Shown: positions 20,792 through 30,294 of the stretch, one piece after another
How the letters are laid out: every line of letters starts with the position of its first letter
How positions within the stretch are numbered: position 1 is the first letter of the stretch
Origin: Candidatus Acidiferrum typicum
GTDB lineage: Bacteria > Acidobacteriota > Terriglobia > Acidiferrales > UBA7541
Length of the DNA: 64,000 nucleotides
Assembly (NCBI GenBank): GCA_025463055.1
Contig: JAOAPV010000040.1
Coordinates: 15,091 to 79,090 of the forward strand
Direction of reading: 5' to 3'
Translations under genes and position numbers: made by a program
Notes under the pieces: generated by a model
The model's database searches: none
What the model saw: only the letters and a program-made list of their open reading frames with translations
What the model was told of the DNA's origin: nothing

Positions 20792-20962
20792 TTAGTGAGG
20801 GTTGGGAATTTCCCAGGTTTCGATGTAAAGCTCGATGGCTTCACCAAGGTTAACGCGGGCACTCTCAACATTGCGACCTTGCGAAGTGATATTCAGCTCC
20901 GGGCAGCGGGCGAGGTACCAACCGTCTTCTTTGCTAATGATGGCAGAGAATCGGTAAGTCAT
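20792..20962 (-). CDS. hicB: HicB-like / UPF0150-family small protein (56 aa), not in ORF track
   Basis: My translation: MTYRFSAIISKEDGWYLARCPELNITSQGRNVESARVNLGEAIELYIETWEIPNPH. It matches the HicB N-terminal-domain pattern (..A.I.KEDDG.Y.A.CPEL....QG.T.EEA..NL.EA..LY.E). No HicA partner was found. Confidence 0.6.
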   Translation of the reverse strand: MTYRFSAIISKEDGWYLARCPELNITSQGRNVESARVNLGEAIELYIETWEIPNPH

Positions 20963-21050
20963 AAACCGATGCTAGCGGATGTGTACACCGCAAGCAAGGC
21001 TTTGCAGCAAAGCGTTTTACGCAGTCACCAATCACCTGTCACGAGGACAC

Positions 21051-23711
21051 ATGGCCGACGAAACAAATAAATCCATCCTGCTTCCCGTCGATATCGAAGC
21101 AGAAATGCGCAAGTCGTACCTCGACTATGCGATGAGCGTAATTATCGCGCGCGCTCTACCCGACGTGCGCGACGGCTTGAAGCCTGTGCAGCGCCGCATC
21201 CTTGTGGCCATGAACGATCTCGGCCTCGCGTCCAATCGGGGCTACCGCAAATGCGCCAAGATTTGCGGCGACACTTCCGGCAACTATCACCCGCACGGGG
21301 AAGCGGTCATCTATCCCGCGCTCGTCCGGCTCGCGCAAGATTTCAACATGCGCTACCCGCTTATCGACGGGCAGGGAAATTTCGGCTCCGTGGACGGCGA
21401 TCCACCGGCGGCCATGCGGTATACCGAAGCGCGCCTGGCGAAAATCAGCGAAGACATTCTTGCTGACCTTGAGAAGGAAACCGTCGATTTCATCCCGAAC
21501 TTTGACCAGACACGCGAAGAGCCTGTCGTGTTGCCGTCGCGCATCCCGAATCTGCTTGTCAACGGCGCGAGTGGCATCGCGGTTGGCATGGCCACCAATA
21601 TTCCGCCGCACAATTTGCGCGAAATCGTCGAAGCCGCCCTTCTGCTTATTGAACGACCCGACGCCACACTGAAAGAAGTAATGAAGCTTGTGCCCGGCCC
21701 GGATTTCCCGACTGGCGCGTACATCGCCGGGCGAGAAGGCATCGAAGCCGCCTACAAAACTGGCCGCGGCAGCTTCATGATGCGCGCTAAAGCTGCCATC
21801 GAAGATGTCGGCAAGGACCGCGAAAATATTGTCATCACCGAAATTCCGTATCAGGTGAACAAATCCAGGCTCATCGAACGCATCGCTGAGCTGGTGCAGA
21901 GCAAAAAAATAGAAGGCATTGCCGACGTGCGCGACGAATCCTCGCGCGAAGGCATGCGCATTGTGATTGAAATCAAGCGGGGCGAAGAAGCGCAACTTAT
22001 TCTCAACAACCTTTTCAAGTACACGCAGATGCAGGAATCTTTCGGCATGATCCTGCTGGCCATCGTCGCGGGACAGCCGCGCGAGCTCGGCCTCATCCCG
22101 CTGATCAAATTATTTATCGAGCACCGCGTCGAAGTCGTTCGCCGCCGCACTATTTACGAGCTGCGCAAAGCCCGCGAACGCGAACACATTTTGGTCGGCT
22201 ACCAGATCGCGCTCGACCATCTCGACGACGTCATCCGCATCATCCGCGGTTCCGCAAGCCGCGCCGAAGCCAAGGAAAACCTGCTCAAGTACTTCACCGA
22301 GCAGGACGTCACTATCACGGAGAACGGCAAGTCCAGGAAACTTGAAGGCGCCAAGCTCGACGGCCGCAAGTACAAGCTCGGCCCCATCGAAGGCGAAACC
22401 GCCGGACATGGCGCGACGCTCGGTCTCACACCGATTCAGGTCGACGCCATCCTTGAATTGCAACTCCATCGCCTGACGCAGCTCTCCGTCGACGAAATTC
22501 TCAAGGAACTGAAGTCCATCCGCGAGCACATCGCCGGCCTTGAGGAAATCCTTTCGAGCGACAAAAAGCTGAAGCAAGTCATCAGCGGCGAGCTCAAGGA
22601 AGTGCAAAAGTCTTACGGGGACGACCGCCGCACGCAAATCGTCGATAAGGTCGACGAAATCAAGCTTGAAGACTTGATCGCCGACAGCGAAATGCTGATC
22701 ACGGTGAGCCACAATGGCTACATCAAGCGGACTGCGGCCGACACCTATCGGCACCAGTCACGCGGGGGCAAAGGCCGCATTGGGGCGCGCACCAAGGAAG
22801 AAGATTTCGTCGAGCATCTCTTCATCGCGTCGGCGCACAGCTATATTTTGCTGTTCACTTCCAAGGGGCGCGTTTATTGGCTCAAGGTATACGAGTTGCC
22901 GGAAGCGGCCGCAGCAACCAGGGGCCGCGCAATTTCGAGCCTCGTGAAATTCCAAGAAGATGAAAAACTCACCGCGTTGGTAGCCGCGCGCAATCTCGAA
23001 GAGGTGGGCCAGTTCGTCTTCATGGCCACGCGCAACGGGACGGTGAAAAAATCCGCGCTCACAGAATTTTCCAATCCGCGCTCCACGGGCATCATCGCCA
23101 TCACTCTCGACGGCAAAGATGAATTGATTGGTGCAAAACTCACAGACGGAAAGAAGATGATTTTCTTGGCCAGCCACGAAGGCCAAGCCATCCTGTTCCG
23201 CGAGACGGAAGTTCGTCCGATGGGCCGCGGCGCTGGCGGTGTCAACGGCATGGATCTGGACACGGAGGACTACGTCGTCAGTATGGACGCCGTGCAGCCC
23301 GCGTTCGACATCATCGCAAAGGAACACAATCAGACTTCGCAAAATCTCGAAGAGCTGGAAAACGAGCAGATCAAGGATTCGCTTACGACGCTGATGCTTA
23401 CCGTGGCCGAAAAAGGTTTCGGCAAACGCACTCCGCTATCGGAGTACCGCATCACTTCGCGCGGCGGCAAAGGTGTCGTCAACATCAAGACTACCGACCG
23501 CAACGGCTCGGTCGTCGCCACTCTACAGGTCACCGAGGAGTCGGACGTGATGATCATCACGCACAACGGCAAAGTCATCCGCGTCCACGCCAACGAAATC
23601 CGGGAGGCTGGGCGCTCGACGCAGGGCGTTCGCCTGCTCCGCTTGGATGATGACGACTCCGTAGCTGCCGCCGCCGTCCTGCAGGACGATAACGGCGAAG
23701 AGAAGAAATAG
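21051..23711 (+). CDS. gyrA: DNA gyrase subunit A
   Basis: Start set at MADETNKS (ATG 21051, GAGGA SD). [28 protein letters not shown], the QRDR-like [16 protein letters not shown], and a C-terminal beta-pinwheel with repeats. Confidence 0.97.
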   Translation: MADETNKSILLPVDIEAEMRKSYLDYAMSVIIARALPDVRDGLKPVQRRILVAMNDLGLASNRGYRKCAKICGDTSGNYHPHGEAVIYPALVRLAQDFNMRYPLIDGQGNFGSVDGDPPAAMRYTEARLAKISEDILADLEKETVDFIPNFDQTREEPVVLPSRIPNLLVNGASGIAVGMATNIPPHNLREIVEAALLLIERPDATLKEVMKLVPGPDFPTGAYIAGREGIEAAYKTGRGSFMMRAKAAIEDVGKDRENIVITEIPYQVNKSRLIERIAELVQSKKIEGIADVRDESSREGMRIVIEIKRGEEAQLILNNLFKYTQMQESFGMILLAIVAGQPRELGLIPLIKLFIEHRVEVVRRRTIYELRKAREREHILVGYQIALDHLDDVIRIIRGSASRAEAKENLLKYFTEQDVTITENGKSRKLEGAKLDGRKYKLGPIEGETAGHGATLGLTPIQVDAILELQLHRLTQLSVDEILKELKSIREHIAGLEEILSSDKKLKQVISGELKEVQKSYGDDRRTQIVDKVDEIKLEDLIADSEMLITVSHNGYIKRTAADTYRHQSRGGKGRIGARTKEEDFVEHLFIASAHSYILLFTSKGRVYWLKVYELPEAAAATRGRAISSLVKFQEDEKLTALVAARNLEEVGQFVFMATRNGTVKKSALTEFSNPRSTGIIAITLDGKDELIGAKLTDGKKMIFLASHEGQAILFRETEVRPMGRGAGGVNGMDLDTEDYVVSMDAVQPAFDIIAKEHNQTSQNLEELENEQIKDSLTTLMLTVAEKGFGKRTPLSEYRITSRGGKGVVNIKTTDRNGSVVATLQVTEESDVMIITHNGKVIRVHANEIREAGRSTQGVRLLRLDDDDSVAAAAVLQDDNGEEKK

Positions 23712-23828
23712 GGCACACCTCTCCGCCTATTCAAGTCTGCAAGGTTGCCGGGAAAAGCCTCATGCCCAAAAAACGGATCTGAGGTAGAACTGGGAAGATC
23801 GTGTATCGCAGGATTGGCGGTAACTTTC

Positions 23829-23856
23829 TTGCTCGACGCATCCAAGATGTTAGAAT
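23829..23856 (+). promoter_or_regulatory. putative promoter with extended -10 upstream of the lactonase gene
   Basis: TTGCTC, a 16-nt spacer, then TGT-TAGAAT. The -10 ends 9 nt before the ATG at 23866, which implies a very short leader or a leaderless mRNA. Confidence 0.45.
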
Positions 23857-23865
23857 CCTCGCCCC

Positions 23866-25056
23866 ATGACACCGACGCGTTGTTTTGTGATGAAGCTGCT
23901 GTTTATTGCCGCGCCCGCCCTCGTTTTTTCCGCCACCGCTGCGCCGCAGAAGCGCACTCCCAACAAGCCCTATTTCGTGTACGTTGGCACTTACACTAGC
24001 AAGAGTGTCAGCAAAGGAATTTACGTTTACAGTTTCGATCCAGGGACGGGCAAACTCACCTCACTGGGTGCTGCCGCCGAGTCCGAAGATCCTTCTTTCC
24101 TCGCCCTGCATCCCAGCGGCAAGTATCTGTACGCCGTAAACGAAATTGACCATTTCGGCGCGCAAAAAAGTGGCGCCGCGAGCGCTTTCTCCATCGACCA
24201 TAAGACCGGGAAGCTCACTCTCTTGAATCAAGCCGCAACGCGCGGGGCCAGTCCTTGCCACATCTCCTTGGACAAGTCCGGCAAGTTTGCCCTAGTCGCG
24301 AATTACGATGGTGGAAGCGTAACCAGTTTCCCGGTTCACGATGACGGTACTCTCGGCGAAGCCGCTGCCTTCGTCCAGCATCACGGCTCTAGCGTAAACA
24401 AGGAACGTCAGGAAGGTCCGCATGCCCACTGGATCGGAACCTCGCCGGACAATCGCTTCGCGCTCGCCGCGGATCTTGGACTTGATGAAGTTCTTATCTA
24501 TCGACTCAACTCCGCCAAAGGCACACTTACACTCAACGATCCTCCCTACGCCAAACTAAATCCCGGTTCTGGCCCCCGGCATGTTGCCTTCCATCCCAAC
24601 GGAAAATTCGCTTACGTGCTCACCGAATTGGAAGATAACGTCACCGCGTTTGCTTACAAAGCCACCAACGGTTCGCTCTCCCCGTTGCAAACAGTCTCTA
24701 CGCTCTCCACTTTGCGAAAGGATTACAAAGGTCCGAAGGAGGCCGCGGAGATCGCCGTGCATCCGAACGGAAAATTTCTTTACGCCTCGAACCGCGCCGG
24801 GATCGACACCATCTCCGCCTTCTCCATCAATCCCGCCAAAGGCACTCTTAGCCTTCGGGATGAATATCCGACCATGGGAAAGACTCCGCGCAACTTTGCC
24901 ATTGATCCCACCGGCAAATTCCTTCTCGCCGCCAACCAGGAGTCGAGCAACATCGTCGTTTTCCGAATCGATTCCACCACCGGCGCGCTGGCCCCCACCG
25001 GCGAAATCGTCGAGGCCCCCGCCCCGGTTTGCATCACGTTCTTACAAGTCCACTAA
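23866..25056 (+). CDS. lactonase family protein (7-bladed beta-propeller, 6-phosphogluconolactonase-like)
   Basis: Signal-like N-terminus, YVYVGTYT.., repeated G.GPRH / P.G.F.Y..NE..S..V blades (e.g. GSGPRHVAFHPNGKFAYVLTELEDNV; NQESSNIVVFRID). Start may be MKLLF at 23890. Confidence 0.8.
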   Translation: MTPTRCFVMKLLFIAAPALVFSATAAPQKRTPNKPYFVYVGTYTSKSVSKGIYVYSFDPGTGKLTSLGAAAESEDPSFLALHPSGKYLYAVNEIDHFGAQKSGAASAFSIDHKTGKLTLLNQAATRGASPCHISLDKSGKFALVANYDGGSVTSFPVHDDGTLGEAAAFVQHHGSSVNKERQEGPHAHWIGTSPDNRFALAADLGLDEVLIYRLNSAKGTLTLNDPPYAKLNPGSGPRHVAFHPNGKFAYVLTELEDNVTAFAYKATNGSLSPLQTVSTLSTLRKDYKGPKEAAEIAVHPNGKFLYASNRAGIDTISAFSINPAKGTLSLRDEYPTMGKTPRNFAIDPTGKFLLAANQESSNIVVFRIDSTTGALAPTGEIVEAPAPVCITFLQVH

Positions 25057-25134
25057 GCAGAAGTACTCCGACAATCGTTTTCACCCGTCCAATTCTTGAT
25101 ACAATCCGCGTTCGTCTCTGGCCAGGAGAAATAA

Positions 25135-28100
25135 ATGATTCGTCGCTGCCAAACGCATTTGCTACTTCTGTGTGCATCGATGCTCCAAGTTCTATTGTTT
25201 TCGGGGGCGGCCAGAGCCGATGAAACTGCGCCGGCGCGCGACCCTAAGCAGCCCGTCAACGAGGCGTACACCGCGAAAATAAAGAAGTACACGACCGCGC
25301 CCGCTTTCACCTCTCCTCTAGTCGATTATCTTCCCGCCTCCAAAAACGTGCCCACTCCCGAAACCGTCCTCGGCGATATCTCCGGGGCGCCCGGCATCCT
25401 CCCCTATGCCGAAGATGTCTACAAATACATGCGCCTCCTCGCGAAGGCAACCCCGCGTGTCAAGGTTTTCTCCATCGGCACGACCGAAGAGGGCCGCGAA
25501 ATGATCGCCGTCGCCGTCTCCTCCGAGGAAAATCTTAAGCACCTCGACGAAAATCGTGCCCGTCTCGCCAAGCTAGCCGATCCGCGCACCATAAAGCTGG
25601 ACGACGCGGAAGCCGACCGTATCCTGGCGCAATCCACGCCCATCTACTACATCACCGGCACGATCCACTCCCCAGAAACCGGCGCGCCCACCGCGCTCAT
25701 GGAGCTCGCCTATCGCCTCGCTGTAGACGACAGCCCTTACATTCGCGAGATTCGAGACGGCGTCATCACGTTGATCACTCCCGTCGTCGAAGTCGACGGC
25801 CGCGATCGCATGGTCGATATTTACCGCTGGCACCTCGCGCATCCCAAGGATTTTTATCCGCCGCTGATTTATTGGGGCAAGTACGTCGCGCACGACAACA
25901 ACCGCGACGCTATGGGCGTCACTCTCAAGCTCACCGAAAATGTTCTGAACACGTACGTCGGCTGGAAAGCGCAAGTCCTCCACGATCTCCACGAATCCGT
26001 CCCCTATCTGTACGACAACACCGCGGGCGACGGCCCCTTCAACGCCTGGGTCGATCCCATCCTGACCGACGAATGGGAAATGATTGGCTGGCGCAACGTT
26101 GCCGACATGACCAAGTTCGGCATGCCCGGCGTCTTCACCCACGGCGTCTTCGACACGTGGTCGCCCGGCTACCTGATGTTCATCGCCGCCATGCATAACG
26201 GCATCAGCCGCCTTTACGAAACTTTCGGTAATGGCGGCGCCGACACCGAGGAACGCACGCTCGATCCCCAGGAGTATTCCCGCACCTGGTGGCGCCAGAA
26301 TCCGCCATTCCCCAAAACGCTATGGTCTCAGCGCGACAATAACAACTATGAGGAGACCGGCCTGTTGACCTCGCTGCATTTTTTTAACGAAAACAAGCGG
26401 CTCTTTTTGAAAAACTTTTACCTGAAATCAAAACGCTCCATCACTAAGCCTACGGAAGAAGGTCCAGCCGCTTACGTTTTGCCGGCCGATGATCCGCGCC
26501 TCGAGCTCCAGACAGAATTGCTGCAGGTGTTGCAAAAACAGAAAGTCGAGATTTCTCGCGCTACGTCCCCCTTCACGGTCACTTTGCCCGCGAAGAAGAA
26601 CAAAAAAACCCGCAAAAAAGAAGACGTCAGCGACAACGAAAAGAAAAAAGACGCCGAGCCCACCTCGCGCGAATTTCAGGCGGGCAGCATTATCATCCGC
26701 ATGGACCAGCCCTATTCCCGGATCGCAGACGCGCTCCTTGATCACCAGTATTGGAGTCCTGACGATCCGCAAAAAACTCCCTATGACGATACCGGATGGA
26801 CCTTCGGTGCGCTCTTCAACGTCCAAGTTTTTCGCGTCAACGACCCGAAGGTGCTCGAAACCGGAATGGAGCGCGTCAACGAGGTGAAACCCGCGGGCGG
26901 CGTGCAAGGCGAAGGCGCCATCTTTGCCATCAAGAACAGCGCCGAACCCGCGCTAGCCACGCTGCGCTACAAGCTTCGTGACGCCGATATGCAGGCCGCC
27001 GAAGAGCCATTCGAAGGCGGCGGCAAAAAATTCAATCGCGGCTCGATCATCATTCGCGGGGTCGGGCGTTCCGATTTTGATCGCGCGGCCACTGAAAGTG
27101 GCCTGCACGCTACCGCTTTAAGCGCAGCGCCCACCGTGAAAACGCATCCCGTGCGTGCTGCTCGCGTAGCCTTCGTGCACACCTGGCTGAGCACGCAGAC
27201 GGAAGGCTGGTGGCGCATTGCGCTCGATAACCTGAAAATTCCTTACGACTACATCAGCACGCAAGTGGTCGCCAAGACCGACGATCTCAACGCGAAATAC
27301 GACGTGATCCTGTTTCCGCCGGTCGGCTACAATTCTTCAACCACGGCGATCATCAACGGGATGCCCATGAACTGGGGCAACCCGCTGCCATGGAAAAACA
27401 CACCGGAAACTCCCAACCTCGTCGGCAAAAACGATTCCACAGACGATATGCGTCCCGGGCTCGGCTGGGACGGCGTCGCGCACCTGCAATCGTTCGTCTC
27501 CAAAGGCGGCGTACTGCTCACAGCTACTGACACATCCCGCTTCGCTCTTTCCATCGGCTTGGCGGACAGCGTCAGCCTCGGCACCTCACAAAAAATGAAT
27601 ATCGTCGGCTCGGTCCTCGGCACTCGCGTAGTCGACGCCGCCAGCCCCATCGCTTACGGCTACGATGAAAAACTTTCCGTCTACTGCGACAATGGCCCTA
27701 TCTTTACACTCAGCAGCATCGCAGGCGGCCGTGGATTCCGCCGCTTGGGCGGCCACAGCACTTCTCGCCCCACGGGCAGAGGCACCGCCGACGATCCCGA
27801 CTTCACCGTCGGCCGCCCCGGAACCGAAGTCCCCGAGGAGCCTACTTCCGAGTTGTGGGAATATCCTCAAGTAAGCGACGAGCAAAAGCGCAACGGTTTG
27901 CGCGTAATCCCTCCGGCCGATCGCGCGCGCGTCATCTTGCGCTATGCCGACAATAAGGATCTGCTCGTGTCCGGTCTTCTCGATGGCGGCGACGAGATAG
28001 CCCAGCATCCGGCCGTTCTCGACGTCCCCGCGGGCCAGGGCCACGTCATCCTTTTCTCCATCAATCCCGTCTACCGAGGCGAAACCCGCGGCACTTACGC

Positions 28101-28167
28101 GCTCGTGCTAAACACAATCCTAAATTTCGACAGTCTCGATGCGGGTCGCAAAACCGCTGAAAAATAA
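25135..28167 (+). CDS. large secreted M14-family zinc carboxypeptidase-like protein
   Basis: 1010 aa with a signal peptide and AGGAGA SD. The zinc motif HxxE sits in YYITGTIHSPETGAP. A Lys-rich linker is KKNKKTRKKEDVSDNEKKKD. Confidence 0.65.
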   Translation: MIRRCQTHLLLLCASMLQVLLFSGAARADETAPARDPKQPVNEAYTAKIKKYTTAPAFTSPLVDYLPASKNVPTPETVLGDISGAPGILPYAEDVYKYMRLLAKATPRVKVFSIGTTEEGREMIAVAVSSEENLKHLDENRARLAKLADPRTIKLDDAEADRILAQSTPIYYITGTIHSPETGAPTALMELAYRLAVDDSPYIREIRDGVITLITPVVEVDGRDRMVDIYRWHLAHPKDFYPPLIYWGKYVAHDNNRDAMGVTLKLTENVLNTYVGWKAQVLHDLHESVPYLYDNTAGDGPFNAWVDPILTDEWEMIGWRNVADMTKFGMPGVFTHGVFDTWSPGYLMFIAAMHNGISRLYETFGNGGADTEERTLDPQEYSRTWWRQNPPFPKTLWSQRDNNNYEETGLLTSLHFFNENKRLFLKNFYLKSKRSITKPTEEGPAAYVLPADDPRLELQTELLQVLQKQKVEISRATSPFTVTLPAKKNKKTRKKEDVSDNEKKKDAEPTSREFQAGSIIIRMDQPYSRIADALLDHQYWSPDDPQKTPYDDTGWTFGALFNVQVFRVNDPKVLETGMERVNEVKPAGGVQGEGAIFAIKNSAEPALATLRYKLRDADMQAAEEPFEGGGKKFNRGSIIIRGVGRSDFDRAATESGLHATALSAAPTVKTHPVRAARVAFVHTWLSTQTEGWWRIALDNLKIPYDYISTQVVAKTDDLNAKYDVILFPPVGYNSSTTAIINGMPMNWGNPLPWKNTPETPNLVGKNDSTDDMRPGLGWDGVAHLQSFVSKGGVLLTATDTSRFALSIGLADSVSLGTSQKMNIVGSVLGTRVVDAASPIAYGYDEKLSVYCDNGPIFTLSSIAGGRGFRRLGGHSTSRPTGRGTADDPDFTVGRPGTEVPEEPTSELWEYPQVSDEQKRNGLRVIPPADRARVILRYADNKDLLVSGLLDGGDEIAQHPAVLDVPAGQGHVILFSINPVYRGETRGTYALVLNTILNFDSLDAGRKTAEK

Positions 28168-28198
28168 ATACAGTGAGAGCAGCGTGTGAGTTTGATTG

Positions 28199-28414
28199 CT
28201 ATTTCTGTCTTTCCCATGGGATTAGCACGGAAGCGAGGAATATCGCGACGAGGACCGTCACAAACACGGCGCGACCTGTTAGGCCCCAATAGTGCGCCCC
28301 GCTTCCAAGCAAAATCGCAGCGGCGACTGCAATCAGAAAGTGAGTTAAGCACCCACTCGCACACCCTTTGCTACCTTCTCTAAGAGCATTTCGGGCAGCC
28401 ATTTTGTCTTCCAT
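28199..28414 (-). CDS. possible small two-TM membrane protein
   Basis: Distal part of ORF 28199..28699 from MEDKMAARN. Segments ..CLTHFLIAVAAAILLGSGA..AVFVTVLVAIFLASVLI are hydrophobic. The upstream part of that ORF is antisense to the ABM gene. Confidence 0.3.
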   Translation of the reverse strand: MEDKMAARNALREGSKGCASGCLTHFLIAVAAAILLGSGAHYWGLTGRAVFVTVLVAIFLASVLIPWERQK

Positions 28415-28498
28415 GAAACGGTAGCCTGCGCAGGTCCAATTTCTTGCATAACTCCTAACCACTTTAATTCTGGCCAGCTTGGAGTACAATCCGCCACT

Positions 28499-28861
28499 AT
28501 GCCGAAGCCCAAAGCAAAGAGGCGCGCAGCGAAACGCAAATCGCCCCCAACCGCCTCCGCCAAGCTCCCGAAAAACGCCGTAACCCTGGTAGTGATCTTG
28601 CGCCCCAAGCCGGGGCAAGAAACCTTGCTCGAAGCCGAACTCCGCGCCCTCGTCGGCCCCACCCGCCGCGAAGAAAGCTGCATCACCTATGACCTGCATC
28701 GCGCCATCGAACCGCCCTGCGCGTTCCTACTCCACGAAGTCTGGGCCACGCGCGAGGATCATCGCCTGCACACGCAAACTCCACATTTCCTGCGCTGGCA
28801 CGCTCGCAAAGACGCCCTTCTAGCTTCCCGCGAAGTCAGCTTCTGGTCCCAACTCGTCTAA
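28499..28861 (+). CDS. antibiotic-biosynthesis-monooxygenase (ABM) domain protein
   Basis: VTLVVILRPKPGQETLLEAELRALVGPTRREESCITYDLHRA...FLLHEVWATREDHRLHTQTPHFLRW is a typical ABM ferredoxin-like fold. The basic N-terminal stretch MPKPKAKRRAAKRK may not be translated (alternative GTG start). Confidence 0.7.
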   Translation: MPKPKAKRRAAKRKSPPTASAKLPKNAVTLVVILRPKPGQETLLEAELRALVGPTRREESCITYDLHRAIEPPCAFLLHEVWATREDHRLHTQTPHFLRWHARKDALLASREVSFWSQLV

Positions 28862-28949
28862 CGAGAGCCTAGTTTCGCCCGGCCCGTATATTCGTTGCCA
28901 GGAATATTCCTTGACAAGAATATACGTGTTGGGCATATTCGCTTCCGCC

Positions 28950-29300
28950 ATGTTAGAGACCTTCCGAGCCTTGGCCGAGCCAAACCGTTTGCAAATCATC
29001 GAACTGTTGCTGAACGGTCCACGTCCGGTCGGGGACATGGTGGACCAGCTAGGCCTTCGCCAACCGCAAGTCTCCAAGCATCTCCGCGTGCTCAGTGAGG
29101 CCGGGCTAGTGGACGTTCGTGTCGACGCGCAGCGCCGAATCTATGCCTTGCGCCCAGCCCCACTGCAGGAGCTTGAGGCTTGGGTCGAAAAGTATCGGCG
29201 GATCTGGGAAGGCAATTTCCAGCGTCTGGACGCCCTGCTCGACGAGATGAAGTCTAGCGAGAAAAAACATGGACGTAAGAAGCTACATACCAAGCGATAG
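28950..29300 (+). CDS. ArsR/SmtB-family transcriptional regulator
   Basis: MLETFRALAEPNRLQIIELLLNGPRPVGDMVDQLGLRQPQVSKHLRVLSEAGLV. An ATG at 28911 is an alternative start. Confidence 0.88.
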   Translation: MLETFRALAEPNRLQIIELLLNGPRPVGDMVDQLGLRQPQVSKHLRVLSEAGLVDVRVDAQRRIYALRPAPLQELEAWVEKYRRIWEGNFQRLDALLDEMKSSEKKHGRKKLHTKR

Positions 29301-29312
29301 GAGAGATCACCG

Positions 29313-29819
29313 ATGACGAATGAAGGAAACCTGAAAGTAACGACGCGCGGCGATCGGGAAATCGTGATGACGCGCGCCTTCGACGCACCGCGTAAGCTGG
29401 TCTTCGACGCATTCACCAAGCCCGAGTTGGTCAAGCAGTGGCTGCTCGGACCGCCGGGCTGGTCTATGCCGGTCTGCGAGATCGACCTGAGAGTTAGGGG
29501 CACGTATCGGTACGTCTGGCGCAAAGCAGGCGTCCCAGATATGGGGATGGGCGGCGTCTATCGCGAAATCGTGGTGCCAGAGCGAGTCGTCGCCACGGAG
29601 AAGTTCGACCAAGCTTGGTACCAGGGTGAGGCCGTCGGTACGCTCGTCTTGATTGAGCAGGGCGGCAAGACCGCTGTCACGCAGACGATGGTGTACGAGT
29701 CGCCGGAAACACGCGACACCGTCCTTAAATCCGGAATGGAGAAGGGCGTGAAGGCAAGCTACGACCGGATGGCGGAGCTGCTGGCTCGAGGCCTGGAGAA
29801 AGGGGCGAGCAACTCATGA
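29313..29819 (+). CDS. SRPBCC-superfamily (AHSA1/START-like) protein
   Basis: REIVMTRAFDAPRKLVFDAFTKPELVKQWL...GTYRYVW is typical of Aha1-domain proteins, which commonly pair with ArsR. Confidence 0.8.
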   Translation: MTNEGNLKVTTRGDREIVMTRAFDAPRKLVFDAFTKPELVKQWLLGPPGWSMPVCEIDLRVRGTYRYVWRKAGVPDMGMGGVYREIVVPERVVATEKFDQAWYQGEAVGTLVLIEQGGKTAVTQTMVYESPETRDTVLKSGMEKGVKASYDRMAELLARGLEKGASNS

Positions 29820-30268
29820 GCGAAACACACTCCCCACGCCGCGTGCTTCGAAGCATCGGCGCCGTGCTCGCGGGCATGGTCGTCGGCATCGTCATCACCC
29901 TTGGCACAGACGAGTTGTTGCACGTCGTCGGCGTCTTTCCGCCTTGGGGCCAGTCTATGGTCGGCTTCGATGGCGCTTTGCTGCTTGCGACGGCATACCG
30001 TGTGGTCTACGGCGTCGCGGGCAGCTATATCATCGCGCGACTCGCGCCCAATCGGCCGATGCTGCACGCGCTCGTGGGCGGCGTTATCGGCCTTGTCGTC
30101 AGTGCTGTTGGCGCAGTTGCGACGTGGAATAGCGGTCCCGCGTTTGGGCCTCACTGGTATCCGCTCGCGCTCGTCGTCACCGCGCTTCCGTCCGCCTGGG
30201 CTGGCGGCAAACTCCGCCTTATACAGTTGCGTCAGCCAGCTCAGGTGAGCGCAGGCTCCACGTTATAA
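29816..30268 (+). CDS. hypothetical integral membrane protein
   Basis: 150 aa with four hydrophobic segments. ATGA overlap with the SRPBCC gene. Confidence 0.6.
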   Translation: MSETHSPRRVLRSIGAVLAGMVVGIVITLGTDELLHVVGVFPPWGQSMVGFDGALLLATAYRVVYGVAGSYIIARLAPNRPMLHALVGGVIGLVVSAVGAVATWNSGPAFGPHWYPLALVVTALPSAWAGGKLRLIQLRQPAQVSAGSTL

Positions 30269-30294
30269 CGATATTCCGAATGGAGGCTGTGGCG

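Noticed and set aside
20590-20871. 93-aa minus-strand ORF considered as a HicA-like partner of the HicB-like ORF.
   Set aside because: It overlaps the HicB-like ORF in another frame and is antisense to the plus-strand small ORF. Its sequence has no HicA (dsRBD, GSH..) features.
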